A DNA stretch of 64,000 nucleotides from Candidatus Zambryskiibacteriota bacterium (GCA_003173855.1 PPGI01000010.1:148696-212695); one strand, 5' to 3'; positions 28,760 through 39,456 are shown, numbered from the stretch's first letter. The notes: generated by a model not told the origin, from the letters alone. Translations and numbers: made by a program.

Positions 28760-28873
28760 GATCTCTCCCTCATATTGAATCTGAAATCATAATGACATGT
28801 TGTCATTTATTTAGCAATATATAATCCACAGATATAAAAGGCCTTAAAATGTTATACTTTTAGAGAATTTACC

Positions 28874-29977
28874 ATGAAAAAACTGAAGTTTGATATACCT
28901 TTTTTTATTTCCGTCCTGATTCTTGTTATTGTCGGGTACCTTATCTTTTTTTCCGCATCAATGGGCTTGCTTTCAAGTCAGGCAGCAAAATATAAGGGAG
29001 TAGCCTTCAACCAGACAGTTTTTGGTCTCATTTTAGGTTCCATTGCTTGTTTTATTACAGCAAATATTGATTATAGAATTTATCGAAAATTTTCATTTTA
29101 TATTTTTGTTGGATCAATAATTGCAACATTGCTTGTCTTTGTTCCACATCTTGGTGTTGGTCATGGTGGGGCAAATCGCTGGATTTACATCGGATCTTTC
29201 TCGCTTCAAACATCAGAATTTTTGAAAATTGGCTTTATAATGTTTTTCTCTGCTTGGGTTGCAAAAGCAAAAGACAAAACAGGAACTTTAAAAGGCGGTC
29301 TTATTCCATTTGTAATTTTAATAGGAATTGTTGGTGCGATTCTTTTAAAACAACCAGATACTGATACTTTTTTGATTATTGCTTTTGCTGGATTAGCAAT
29401 ATTTTTAGCAGGAGGTGGAAAGTGGAATCATATACTTTTAATGGGACTTTGTGGTCTATTGGCATTAACGATACTTGCCTTTGCGAGACCATACGTTATG
29501 AGTCGTATTAACACTTTTCTAAATCCAAAAGATAACGCACTTGGTAGCGGTTACCAAATACAACAATCACTGATTGCAATTGGAAATGGCGGAATTTTTG
29601 GTCGCGGTTTTGGCCAATCAGTTCAGAAGTTTAACGTTTTGCCAGAACCAATAGGGGATTCGATCTTTGCAGTTTTTGGAGAAGAGTTTGGATTTTTAGG
29701 AACAGTTTCGTTAATTTTATTGTTCGTATTTTTTGCATTTCGCGGTCTTAAAATTGCCGGTCAAATTCCGGATGCCTTTGGTAGACTTATGATTGTCGGT
29801 ATTGTTATACTGATTGTGTCTCAAGCTTTTGTAAATATTGGAGCAATGGTTGGTGTACTGCCTCTTTCTGGCATTACGCTCCCATTTGTCAGTCATGGTG
29901 GGACGGCATTGTTTATGACATTGGCTGAAGTCGGAATTATCCTAAATATATCAAAATCGCGAAAAATAGTTAAATAA
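28874..29977 (+). CDS. ftsW: SEDS peptidoglycan glycosyltransferase FtsW
   Basis: 'GANRWI', 'QTSEFLK', 'GYQIQQSL', 'LPE..DSIFAV..EE.G', 'LPFVSHGGT'; next to murG. Confidence 0.93.
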   Translation: MKKLKFDIPFFISVLILVIVGYLIFFSASMGLLSSQAAKYKGVAFNQTVFGLILGSIACFITANIDYRIYRKFSFYIFVGSIIATLLVFVPHLGVGHGGANRWIYIGSFSLQTSEFLKIGFIMFFSAWVAKAKDKTGTLKGGLIPFVILIGIVGAILLKQPDTDTFLIIAFAGLAIFLAGGGKWNHILLMGLCGLLALTILAFARPYVMSRINTFLNPKDNALGSGYQIQQSLIAIGNGGIFGRGFGQSVQKFNVLPEPIGDSIFAVFGEEFGFLGTVSLILLFVFFAFRGLKIAGQIPDAFGRLMIVGIVILIVSQAFVNIGAMVGVLPLSGITLPFVSHGGTALFMTLAEVGIILNISKSRKIVK

Positions 29978-29982
29978 TTGAT

Positions 29983-31122
29983 ATGAAAATACTTCTTACA
30001 GGTGGCGGAACTGGCGGGCATTTTTATCCAGTCATTGCGGTTGCACAGCAAATTAATGAGATAGCTAAGGAAAATCGACTAGTTCGTCCAGAAATTTATT
30101 TCATGTCTACAGATCCGTACAATGAAGGATTACTTTTTGAAAATAATATTCAATTTGAACAGGTAATTTCTGGAAAAATTCGCCGAAAAAAATCTTTAGC
30201 CAATCAATTTTTAAATTTTTTTGATCTTTGGAAGATTTTCTTCGGATCAATCGAGGCTATTTGGAGAATGTTTGTTATTTATCCAGATGTAGTTTTTTCT
30301 AAAGGTGGTTACGCTAGTTTTCCGGCACTATTAGCTGCAAGAATTTTGCGAATTCCAGTGGTTATTCACGAGTCAGACTCTGAACCTGGCAAAGTAAGTC
30401 GTTGGTCATCTAAATTTGCTCAGAAAATTGCCATTTCATATCCTGAAGCTATTACATTTTTTCCAAAAGACAAAACTGCATATACCGGAAATCCACTAAG
30501 AAAAGATATTGAAGAAGCTCTACCTTCGGGAGGTCACGCTTTTTTTAATTTTGATCAAAATATTCCTACAATATTAGTGCTTGGCGGTTCGCAAGGTGCA
30601 CGATTTATAAATACAATAATAATGGATTTGCTGCCAGAATTGATCGAAAAATATCAAATTATCCATCAAACCGGAAAAAATAATTACAAAATTATTTTAG
30701 AAACCCGGGATGTGGTTCTTGCAAAAAATCCACACATTGATCGCTATAAGCCATATGACTATTTAAATACTATTAATCTGCGAGCAGCAGCTGGAGCAGC
30801 AGATCTAATTATCTCTAGAGCTGGGTCAACTATTTTTGAAATCGCTTCTTGGGCGAAACCTTCGATTATCATTCCAATTCCAGAAGAAACTTCTCACGAT
30901 CAAAGATTAAATGCTTATTCATACGCTCGGACTGGCGCGGCAGAAGTTATTGAAGAAAAAAATTTTTCACAAGGTGTTTTACTTTCGGAAATTGAAAGAA
31001 TTATTTCTGATAAAAATTTAAGAGAAAAAATGTCAACTGCTGCTAAAAATTTCGCGAGGCGCGATGCAGCACGGTTAATTGGTCAGGAAATTATGTCTAT
31101 CGCTATTGAACATGAAAAATAA
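29983..31122 (+). CDS. murG: MurG glycosyltransferase
   Basis: 'GGGTGGHFYP', 'KGGYAS', 'TGNP', 'GGSQGA', 'SRAGS'. Confidence 0.96.
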   Translation: MKILLTGGGTGGHFYPVIAVAQQINEIAKENRLVRPEIYFMSTDPYNEGLLFENNIQFEQVISGKIRRKKSLANQFLNFFDLWKIFFGSIEAIWRMFVIYPDVVFSKGGYASFPALLAARILRIPVVIHESDSEPGKVSRWSSKFAQKIAISYPEAITFFPKDKTAYTGNPLRKDIEEALPSGGHAFFNFDQNIPTILVLGGSQGARFINTIIMDLLPELIEKYQIIHQTGKNNYKIILETRDVVLAKNPHIDRYKPYDYLNTINLRAAAGAADLIISRAGSTIFEIASWAKPSIIIPIPEETSHDQRLNAYSYARTGAAEVIEEKNFSQGVLLSEIERIISDKNLREKMSTAAKNFARRDAARLIGQEIMSIAIEHEK

Positions 31123-32428
31123 CGAAATAGTTGTAAGAATACCTCCTTCACCGACTGGCTATTTTCACGTAGGAAGAGCAAGGACAGCGTTGTTTAACTA
31201 TTTGTTTGCCAAGAAAAATGGAGGCAAAATTGTTTTTCGTATTGAAGACACTGATAAAGAACGTTCAAAAAGAGAATTTGAAGAAGACATTGTTGAAAGT
31301 TTAAAATGGCTCGGAATAACTTACGATGAAGGCCCGTTTCGGCAGTCAGAAAGAAATGATATCTATCGAGAGTCCATTCAAAAAATGATAAAGAATGGTT
31401 CAGCTTACATTTCCGAAGAATCTGAAGGATCGAATAAGGAGGTGGTTCGCTTTAAAAATCCTGGAGGAAAAATAAAATTTGAAGATATTATTCGTGGTGA
31501 AGTTGAAATGGAAATTGATGATTTAAAAGATTTTATTATTGCAAAAAATATAGACGAGCCTCTGTATCATTTAACTGTTGTTGTCGATGATTTTTTAATG
31601 GGAGTTACACATATTATTCGAGGAGATGATGGTATTTCAAATACTCCTAGACAAATTTTACTTCAGGAGGCTATTGGTGCCCCTAGGCCAAAGTATGCAC
31701 ACGTACCCCTAATCCTCGCGCCAGATAAAAGTAAGATGTCAGCAAGACATGGTGCAGTTTCACTTCGAGATTTTAGGGAGGCAGGTTATCTTCCAGAAGC
31801 AATAGTCAATTTTCTAGGGCTATTAGGCTTTAATCCTGGTGGAGAAAGGGAAATTTATAAAATGTCTGAACTGATTGAGGTTTTTGATTTAAGCCGTGTA
31901 CAAAAGGGTGGTGCTGTCTTTAATACGGAAAAATTGGATTGGATAAATAAAGAGCACATAAAGCTTCTGTCTGAAAAGGAAAGGAATGAAACCATCAAAA
32001 AATATTTAGAAAAAAACGGATTCAAAAATCCAAACCCTAAAATATTTCCAATTATTTTTGAACATATTTCAAAATGGGGTGATATAGACAAAATGACTAG
32101 GGAAGGGGAGTTGGATTTTTATTTTAAAACACCTGAATACGAAACTCACCTACTCTTCTGGAAAGGGAAGGAAGATAAAGAAACAACTAAAAAACATTTA
32201 AATTGGATTCTAGAAAAAATTTCAACTGTTGACTTTGAATCAGTAGAATCTGCAAAAAATTTGATATTTGATTATGCAACAGAACAAGGACGCGGTGAAG
32301 TTCTTTGGCCTCTTCGCGTTGCCCTTTCTGGTAAGGAAAAGTCTCCTGATCCGTTTACTTTACTATATGTTTTGGGGTCTGTGGAGAGCAAAAAAAGGAT
32401 AGAAAATGCTATAAATAAACTGTCGTGA
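31112..32428 (+). CDS. gltX: glutamate--tRNA ligase
   Basis: 'RIPPSPTGYFHVG', 'RIEDTD', 'KMSAR'; likely start 31112. Confidence 0.96.
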   Translation: MKNNEIVVRIPPSPTGYFHVGRARTALFNYLFAKKNGGKIVFRIEDTDKERSKREFEEDIVESLKWLGITYDEGPFRQSERNDIYRESIQKMIKNGSAYISEESEGSNKEVVRFKNPGGKIKFEDIIRGEVEMEIDDLKDFIIAKNIDEPLYHLTVVVDDFLMGVTHIIRGDDGISNTPRQILLQEAIGAPRPKYAHVPLILAPDKSKMSARHGAVSLRDFREAGYLPEAIVNFLGLLGFNPGGEREIYKMSELIEVFDLSRVQKGGAVFNTEKLDWINKEHIKLLSEKERNETIKKYLEKNGFKNPNPKIFPIIFEHISKWGDIDKMTREGELDFYFKTPEYETHLLFWKGKEDKETTKKHLNWILEKISTVDFESVESAKNLIFDYATEQGRGEVLWPLRVALSGKEKSPDPFTLLYVLGSVESKKRIENAINKLS

Positions 32429-33684
32429 AATGGAAGTTAGTTTGGTTAATTATAATTTTTTCACTTGGAATTAAGGTGTATGCAGATACACAGGAAGATT
32501 TGCAATCAAAAATTGATGAGCGAAATCAGCAAATAAAACAACTTGAACAAGAAATTAGCCAATATAATTCTGAGGTAACCAATGCTTCAAATCAGGCAAG
32601 AACTCTTCAAAATACTCTAAAAACCCTCAATTTAACTCAAAGAAAAATAGGCGCAGATATTAGCTTAACTCAAAATAAGATCACGAAAGCCAATCTTACC
32701 ATCGATCAGCTTAGCGGCCAGATCGAAGACACAAAAGCTCATATCGATCTTAATAAGAAAGCAATTGCTAGTGCTATCAAGTATGATCAATCCATCGAGG
32801 ATATTGGTATTGTTGGAATAATTTTATCAAAATCAAATATTGGTGATATTTGGAATGACCTTGATTCAACACATGAGATACAATCGACAATTCGTAATAA
32901 ATCTAAAGAACTTTCTCTCCTTCAATCCAATATAGAAAACCAGCAAAGTGCTGTTACTGATCAAAAAAATAATCTAGTTCGACTGCAAAAAGATCTAGGT
33001 GGTAAACGCGAAGCTATTCAGGAAACTGTTAAGGAGCAAAACAGCTTGCTAGTTCAAACAAAAAATAAGGAACAAACATTCAAAGATTTAGTCCAACAAA
33101 AGGAGATTCAAAAAGCTCAGTTTGAAAAAGACGTCTTTAATTTCGAATCGCAGCTTCACTTACAAATTGATAAAACAAGCTATCCCGCTCCACAACACGG
33201 AATTCTCTCATGGCCATTGGATAATGTTTTTATAACTCAAGGATTTGGTAAAACCGTTGGTGCAGAAAAATTATATGTTTCCGGCTCGCATAATGGTGTT
33301 GATTTTAGAGCTTCAATCGGAACAGCTGTAAAAAATGTCCTGGCTGGCACAATTGTTGGCACTGGAAACACTGATGCTTACCCAGGCTGCTATTCATTCG
33401 GTAAATGGGTTATGGTCAAGCATGACAACGGCCTTTCAACTATTTATGGACATCTTTCAGCAATAAGTGTATCTAATGGAGACCATATTCAAACCGGTGA
33501 TTTAATTGGATACACTGGCAATACTGGCTATACAACTGGCCCGCATCTCCACATTAGTGTTTATGCTACTCAAGGTGTTCGAATCGAAAAATTTGTAAAT
33601 AGTAGGGGCTGTAAAGAAGCAATTTTGCCTTTAGCAGATACTGCTGCCTACCTTGACCCTCTAGCCTATTTTCCAAGCTTATAA
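32425..33684 (+). CDS. coiled-coil M23 peptidase (EnvC/MepM-like)
   Basis: Signal peptide, long coiled coil, 'HNGVD', 'YGHL', 'TGPHLH'. Confidence 0.9.
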   Translation: MKWKLVWLIIIFSLGIKVYADTQEDLQSKIDERNQQIKQLEQEISQYNSEVTNASNQARTLQNTLKTLNLTQRKIGADISLTQNKITKANLTIDQLSGQIEDTKAHIDLNKKAIASAIKYDQSIEDIGIVGIILSKSNIGDIWNDLDSTHEIQSTIRNKSKELSLLQSNIENQQSAVTDQKNNLVRLQKDLGGKREAIQETVKEQNSLLVQTKNKEQTFKDLVQQKEIQKAQFEKDVFNFESQLHLQIDKTSYPAPQHGILSWPLDNVFITQGFGKTVGAEKLYVSGSHNGVDFRASIGTAVKNVLAGTIVGTGNTDAYPGCYSFGKWVMVKHDNGLSTIYGHLSAISVSNGDHIQTGDLIGYTGNTGYTTGPHLHISVYATQGVRIEKFVNSRGCKEAILPLADTAAYLDPLAYFPSL

Positions 33685-33759
33685 AAGGGGATAATCCTCT
33701 TACAACATCAAATATTAATGGTATAATTTTTTTAGTTATTAGCACATTAATTATTTGTT

Positions 33760-34359
33760 ATGTTTAAAAAAAATAAGCAAGAAATTTATGTCGGTGTCGG
33801 AATTCTAATAGTTCTTGTGATTATTATTGCTTATTGGTTGCAAGACAACACAAGTTATACAGTTGTTCCTGTAAACCAATATTCGCAATCTGGGCAGCAA
33901 GGATCAAAAAATGTTGTTTCAAGTAAAAATGTTCTTCCAATTTATACAATAATCGTAGGCGGAAGCACAAATACTTTTGAATTGCACGCACATGATATTG
34001 CTGGACTACATACCGGCCCAACAGGAGTTGCCCAGCAAGGACTCCCTCTTTATGAAAGCAAGATTCCTGGTTCAAGTTTTGCAATGTCATCAAATCAAGA
34101 GACTTTAATTCTAGATTCTAAGAATCCATATACAGTCGATATTTATGGAAAATCGCCATCATTTATAAATATTACTGTTATGGTGTCAAAAGCAGGGGAT
34201 AGCAAACCAACTATTTATGTCTCCCCTAATAATTTCCAAACTGTTTATGGTTCAAAAACAACTATAAATCTGCCACTAGGGAATGGCGTTCCAGTTCTTC
34301 AAATTGATACTAACAGTGACGGTGTAGTTGATTCACAAGTTACAATGAAACTTCAATGA
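33760..34359 (+). CDS. membrane-anchored hypothetical protein
   Basis: N-terminal TM, beta-rich body, C-terminal 'DTNSDGVVD' Ca-binding-like loop. Confidence 0.7.
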   Translation: MFKKNKQEIYVGVGILIVLVIIIAYWLQDNTSYTVVPVNQYSQSGQQGSKNVVSSKNVLPIYTIIVGGSTNTFELHAHDIAGLHTGPTGVAQQGLPLYESKIPGSSFAMSSNQETLILDSKNPYTVDIYGKSPSFINITVMVSKAGDSKPTIYVSPNNFQTVYGSKTTINLPLGNGVPVLQIDTNSDGVVDSQVTMKLQ

Positions 34360-34524
34360 TAATTAAAGTCATCAGTATAGTCATGGTACCAAAGATATAT
34401 TGTGCGACATACTCTAATTCTACTTCCCTCAGAAAATAAACAAGAAAAAAGGAGAAACCAAAAAATAAGACTTCTCTTCCCTAAAGATTTAGACCGATAA
34501 AAAGTAAATAATATAAGACAAGAC

Positions 34525-34562
34525 AAAAACAAAAGCTCCCTATTTCGGGAGCCTTTGTTTTT
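34525..34562. terminator. bidirectional terminator
   Basis: AAAAACAAAAGCTCCC-loop-GGGAGCCTTTGTTTTT. Confidence 0.75.
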
Positions 34563-34566
34563 AAGT

Positions 34567-35043
34567 TTATTTAGAGTTTATTGCTAACTGACTTGATTCA
34601 AGTTTCGCTGCATCTGTTTTACCCCAACAAGCTTTTGAAGACTTCCAAGGAGCTGTTCCTTTATCCTCGTAAAGCTCACGGGCATATGCAGTGTTACCAG
34701 AAATTGTGTAGATATCGTAGTTCTCCGAAGTCGCTCTATCCAAGTGATAATGTTCGTTGATTTGCATCACACCAACATCTTCTGGATTAACTAAACCTCT
34801 ATGAACATCACCATCAGAGTCTAATTGTCGGAAGTGTGATTCACATCGAGCAATTTCGATCATAACAGGAATGTCTTTGAAGTACTGTCTTACATATTGT
34901 TCTGTAGACATGAGATTCTCTACATCCTTGTTGTCAATCTGCCTAACAAGTGTACTTTCAGTAACACTGTTTTCTATCTTCGGAGTTGTTGTCGGCATTA
35001 GTGTACTGACCCCACCCGTAATAGAATTCAAAACCATAAACAA
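34567..35043 (-). CDS. lytic transglycosylase-like (SLT/lysozyme fold) secreted protein; start uncertain
   Basis: 'IARCESHFRQ', 'DVGVMQIN', 'GTAPW..S..CW'. Confidence 0.8.
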   Translation of the reverse strand: MFMVLNSITGGVSTLMPTTTPKIENSVTESTLVRQIDNKDVENLMSTEQYVRQYFKDIPVMIEIARCESHFRQLDSDGDVHRGLVNPEDVGVMQINEHYHLDRATSENYDIYTISGNTAYARELYEDKGTAPWKSSKACWGKTDAAKLESSQLAINSK

Positions 35044-35137
35044 ACTGATAGCTGTGAAATTAAGAATACTCTTTGCTTAAGTAATAATTCTGTAAGACTG
35101 CTTTAACGGAAAAACTCAGATTTCCTGAGTTGGATAT

Positions 35138-35165
35138 AGTATAACATATTCATGAATAATGTCAA
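35138..35165 (-). promoter_or_regulatory. sigma70-type promoter of the transglycosylase-like gene
   Basis: Minus strand TTGACA-16-TATACT with TG extension. Confidence 0.65.
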
Positions 35166-35308
35166 TGTTTAGGACACGAAAGTACGTTTTGTAAAGTCCT
35201 AAAATATGGCTCTAACTAGCTGTCAAATTGGCAAATTCATAAGACATTATTTCTAAAAATTAATCAAACTTTACAGATTAGTTACGTTATTTTACACCAA
35301 ATTTGAGC

Positions 35309-35812
35309 TTAAACGAGCATCAAAAGGGCTACTGGCACTAAATTCCACCAAATTAATCGATTTTGAGTGAATAATGAATCAAATTGCTCTGAATAATTGT
35401 GAAGGACGTCATAATTAATAGTTGTATAAGAAAAAACGATTATTAACAACACAAAAGCTAATGATAGAAATGAAAGTCTTAAAATTGATGTATTTCCATC
35501 TGCCTTAATAAATCTATCAATAATTATTGTAATTAAAACTAAAATAATTGAGAAAACTAACAACTCATTTATGACCTGTGCAAAATCACCTTTTAGGACA
35601 ATTAATTTATCTATATAAGGAAAAGTCTTATATATAAGAGTAGTTGGATAGAAAGCAAGAATAATGGAAACGAGTCTTCCCCTGCCGAAATAAAGTGAAA
35701 ATGCGAGAATCAGAATAAAAAGACTGCCTATAAATAAAGTATCACTTGAGAAATAACGAAAATAGCCAAAAATCTTTAAACCAGAACCCAGAATATTGTG
35801 CATACTGGCCAT
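35309..35812 (-). CDS. hypothetical multi-pass membrane protein
   Basis: About 5 hydrophobic helices; directly downstream of dnaJ. Confidence 0.7.
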   Translation of the reverse strand: MASMHNILGSGLKIFGYFRYFSSDTLFIGSLFILILAFSLYFGRGRLVSIILAFYPTTLIYKTFPYIDKLIVLKGDFAQVINELLVFSIILVLITIIIDRFIKADGNTSILRLSFLSLAFVLLIIVFSYTTINYDVLHNYSEQFDSLFTQNRLIWWNLVPVALLMLV

Positions 35813-35819
35813 ACACTAA

Positions 35820-36893
35820 TTATATCCCTTCTTTTTTCAGACTTTCAACTGCCTTTCTAGCATCTTTTGATAATCTTCTTGGAATTAAGATGTGAACTTT
35901 TATCAAAATATCTCCGCGATTGCCTCTATCAGATGGAACACCTTTGCCTTTGATGCGCAAAATATCTCCGTGAGCTACTCCTTCGGGAATTTTTAGCTTA
36001 ATATCACCATCAAGAGTTTTGATTAGCTGTTCACCTCCCAAAAGTGCATCTGAAAGTTTTACATTTAAGTCCATGATCAAACTATTTCCTTCTTTTCGGA
36101 AAACTTGATGTTTTTTAACATAAATTTTGATATAGAAATCTCCTGACTGACCACCTTTAACAGCTTCGCCGGCTCCGGAAAGTCGAATCATTTCGCCGTT
36201 ATCAATTCCTTTTGGAATTTTTACTTTAATTTCTGTTTCCTTTTTGTAAACACCCTCTCCATGACAAACATGACATTTAACTCGGGGGATTTTCCCTGTT
36301 CCATGGCAAGTTGAACAAGTAGCAGTTGATTCAAATTGGCCAAAAAAGGTTCTTTTTACTTCCCTAACAGTGCCCTTTCCGTTACAAATTGTACAAGTTA
36401 TGAGTTCAGAGCCCTTTTCTGCACCTGAACCGTTACAATTTTCACAAGCCGAAGTCTTATTTAAGAGAATTGTCCTCTCAACACCAAAAACCGCCTCTTC
36501 AAATGAGAGTTCAACATCAAGCGAAATATCTCTGCCTCGTTTTGGTTCCCGTCTTCGTGATGAACCACCAAAGACATCGTTGAAAATATCTCCAAAATCG
36601 AATTCAAAACCATTTCCACCTTGTGTAAATTGAGAAAAATCGAAACCTCCAAAACCAGATCCGCCAGAACTTGCGCCAGCTGAACTGAATGTTCTGCCAT
36701 AAGCATCATACTCTGCTCTCTTTCGATCATCAGAGAGTACAGAATAAGCTTCATTTATTTCTTTGAATTTTTCTGCGTCTCCTGTTTTTTTGTCGGGATG
36801 ATATTTGTGAGCTAGATTACGAAAGGCTTTTTTTATTTCTTCCTTGTTTGCTTTTTTGTCGATGCCAAGAATTTGGTAATAGTCTTTTGCCAT
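35820..36893 (-). CDS. dnaJ: chaperone DnaJ
   Basis: HPD J-domain, G/F region, four CxxCxGxG repeats. Confidence 0.98.
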   Translation of the reverse strand: MAKDYYQILGIDKKANKEEIKKAFRNLAHKYHPDKKTGDAEKFKEINEAYSVLSDDRKRAEYDAYGRTFSSAGASSGGSGFGGFDFSQFTQGGNGFEFDFGDIFNDVFGGSSRRREPKRGRDISLDVELSFEEAVFGVERTILLNKTSACENCNGSGAEKGSELITCTICNGKGTVREVKRTFFGQFESTATCSTCHGTGKIPRVKCHVCHGEGVYKKETEIKVKIPKGIDNGEMIRLSGAGEAVKGGQSGDFYIKIYVKKHQVFRKEGNSLIMDLNVKLSDALLGGEQLIKTLDGDIKLKIPEGVAHGDILRIKGKGVPSDRGNRGDILIKVHILIPRRLSKDARKAVESLKKEGI

Positions 36894-36987
36894 ATTATTT
36901 TTACATTATATTCTTTTTGAATTTTCTGTGAACTTGACTCTAGGTTAGTTTTATTCTGTCACCCAATTTTAATGTAGTTTCCTTGAC

Positions 36988-38880
36988 TTATTTGTTATCT
37001 TCTGGTTTCTTTTCTTCAAAGTCAGCATCGCGGACTTTTTCCTCTTCCTTTGGTGACGTCTGACTCTGTTCTTGGGCGGCTTTATTTAGAATTTCTCCAA
37101 TTTTTTGAAGTTCAGTTGATAGAGTTTGAGTCGAGGATTTTATTTGGTCAATGTTTTCCCCATCTTTAGCTTTTTTTAGATCGGCAACTTTTGTTTCAAT
37201 TGAGTTTTTAAGGTCAGCCGGAACCTTATCACCTGCATCCCGAAGAGACTTCTCTACTGTATAGATTAGCTGTTCTGCAATATTTTTAGCCTCAACAAGA
37301 TCTTTTTTCTTTGCGTCCTCACTTGCATGAGCTTCGGCATCTTTTTGCATTTTATCAATGTCCTCTTTTGAAAGACTTGAACGTGCTTCGATTCGAATTG
37401 ATTGCTCCTTGTTTGTTGCCTTGTCCTTTGCTTTGACAGAAAGGATACCGTTTGCATCAACATCAAATGTCACTTCAATTTGTGGCATGCCTCGCTGAGC
37501 TGGTGGGATTCCATCTAGAATAAATCGTCCAAGAGATTTGTTGTCAGATGCCATTGCTCGCTCTCCTTGCACAATATGTATTTCAACTTGAGTCTGATTA
37601 TCTGCAGCTGTAGAGAATATTTGTGATCGAGAAGCAGGAATTGTGGTATTTTTATCAATCAATTTAGTTGCCACTCCTCCCATAGTCTCGATTCCAAGTG
37701 AAAGTGGAATAACGTCGAGCAAAAGCACGTCTTTAACATCACCAGAAAGAATTCCTCCCTGAATTGCTGCTCCAAGAGCTACAACTTCATCAGGATTAAT
37801 TGATTTGTTTGGTTCTTTGCCAAAATAAGCTTTCACTCTTTCTTGAATTTTTGGCATTCGAGTCTGACCTCCTACCAAAATAACCTCATTAATCTGGCTA
37901 GTTGTGAACCCTGATGATTCAAGTGCTCGTTTTGTAATCTGCATTGCGCGCTCAACCAAATCGCTAGCCAATTCTTCTAGTTTTGCTCGACTAATTTTAA
38001 TAAGAAGGTGTCGTGGGCCAGAAGCGTCTGAAGTTATAAATGGAATGTTTACTTCAGTTTCGACTGCCGTTGAAAGTTCAATTTTAGCTTTTTCTGCTGC
38101 TTCATCTAGTCTCTGCAAAGCCAAAGTATCTCCTCTTAAATCAATCCCAGAATCTTTTTTAAATTCGTCAGCCAAAAAGTTAATGATTTTCTGATCGATA
38201 TCTTTTCCTCCTAGATGTGAGTCCCCATCTGTTGATTTAACTTCAATTACTGCATCCCCTACCTCAAGAATGGAGATATCAAATGTACCGCCACCGAAGT
38301 CAAAAACAGCTATTTTCTCCTCTTTTTGACCTTTATCGAAGCCGTAAGCCAGAGCTGCGGCTGTTGGTTCGTTTATAATGCGAAGGACGTTAAGACCGGC
38401 AATTTGACCTGCGTCTTTTGTCGCTTGTCGCTGTGAATCGTTAAAGTAAGCTGGCACAGTAATAATGGCATCTGTTACCTTTTGACCAAGCTTTGCTTCA
38501 GCATCGGCTTTTAATTTTCCCAGAATCATTGCTGAAATTTCTTCTGGAGAGTAATCTTTATCTCCCATGTGGACTTGTACACCGCCTGTAGCAGATTTTT
38601 TCACTTCAAAAGGCACTATTGCTTTATCTTTTCGAACGGCTTCATCATCGAAGTTGTGTCCGATAAATCTTTTAATTCCGAAAACTGTATTTTTTGGGTT
38701 TGTTACCGCTTGCCTTTTAGCAAGAAGTCCAACTAGTCGCTCACCAGTTTTTGATGTAGCTACTATCGAAGGAGTTGTTCTTGCTCCCTCTGAATTTTCT
38801 AATATTTTCGGCTGTCCAGCTTCCATGACTGCGACAGCACTAAATGTTGTTCCTAAATCTATTCCTATTGTTTTACTCAT
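36988..38880 (-). CDS. dnaK: chaperone DnaK
   Basis: 'GIDLGTT', 'TVPAYFND', '[11 protein letters not shown]', 'DFGGGTFD'. Confidence 0.99.
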   Translation of the reverse strand: MSKTIGIDLGTTFSAVAVMEAGQPKILENSEGARTTPSIVATSKTGERLVGLLAKRQAVTNPKNTVFGIKRFIGHNFDDEAVRKDKAIVPFEVKKSATGGVQVHMGDKDYSPEEISAMILGKLKADAEAKLGQKVTDAIITVPAYFNDSQRQATKDAGQIAGLNVLRIINEPTAAALAYGFDKGQKEEKIAVFDFGGGTFDISILEVGDAVIEVKSTDGDSHLGGKDIDQKIINFLADEFKKDSGIDLRGDTLALQRLDEAAEKAKIELSTAVETEVNIPFITSDASGPRHLLIKISRAKLEELASDLVERAMQITKRALESSGFTTSQINEVILVGGQTRMPKIQERVKAYFGKEPNKSINPDEVVALGAAIQGGILSGDVKDVLLLDVIPLSLGIETMGGVATKLIDKNTTIPASRSQIFSTAADNQTQVEIHIVQGERAMASDNKSLGRFILDGIPPAQRGMPQIEVTFDVDANGILSVKAKDKATNKEQSIRIEARSSLSKEDIDKMQKDAEAHASEDAKKKDLVEAKNIAEQLIYTVEKSLRDAGDKVPADLKNSIETKVADLKKAKDGENIDQIKSSTQTLSTELQKIGEILNKAAQEQSQTSPKEEEKVRDADFEEKKPEDNK

Positions 38881-38927
38881 ATTTGAAATATTAATTATTT
38901 AATGTTAATTTCTAATTGGAGGTTTTC

Positions 38928-39149
38928 ATGAGAGCTATTTGGAATGGTTATCCAGACTACAAGCTTGTTTTAGTTGTTGAGACCGCCAGTGATCTTGAAG
39001 TTGTAACAAGATTCTGTGAGGATATGATCAGGCATAATCTCCAGTTCTCTATTGGTAATGCATTATCTATGCCTAGAGATCATAACGGTAATCCACACGG
39101 ATATATTCAGTTTGAGGGTCGACCTCAAACTGAATCCACCCCGCATTAA
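38928..39149 (+). CDS. orphan protein (73 aa), antisense cassette inside the grpE-dnaK locus
   Basis: TTGAAA(38883)-17-TAATTT, SD GGAGG, ATG 38928, hairpin CCCCGCAT-ta-ATGCGGGG over the stop. Confidence 0.7.
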   Translation: MRAIWNGYPDYKLVLVVETASDLEVVTRFCEDMIRHNLQFSIGNALSMPRDHNGNPHGYIQFEGRPQTESTPH

Positions 39150-39162
39150 TGCGGGGTTCGTT

Positions 39163-39456
39163 TTATATAAAAGTTGGTGCACGAGGTTTAGAACCTAAAG
39201 AATAAATTCCAACTAAAACTATATAAGGATTATTTAGACTAAATTTAACTTCATTTTCTAAAAAATTAATATAGTCTTTTTCTACATCTCGTAAAAGAAT
39301 TACTCTGTTTGGATCGTCTAAATATTCAAAATCCACCAGCTTTGCTTTTAATCTTCCTGAATTTTCGTATATCCAAAATCTTGCACGAACCAAATTCCCG
39401 TTCTTGTCTTTAAGAACTTTTTCAATATATTGTGAATTTGATTTAACTATTTGCAT
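39163..39456 (-). CDS. hypothetical protein abutting grpE, C-terminal 'KPRAPT'
   Basis: ATG immediately after the grpE stop; 97 aa. Confidence 0.7.
   Translation of the reverse strand: MQIVKSNSQYIEKVLKDKNGNLVRARFWIYENSGRLKAKLVDFEYLDDPNRVILLRDVEKDYINFLENEVKFSLNNPYIVLVGIYSLGSKPRAPTFI

Noticed and set aside
35170-35308. dif site near the strand switch
   Set aside because: No adequate match to the XerC/XerD 11-6-11 consensus.
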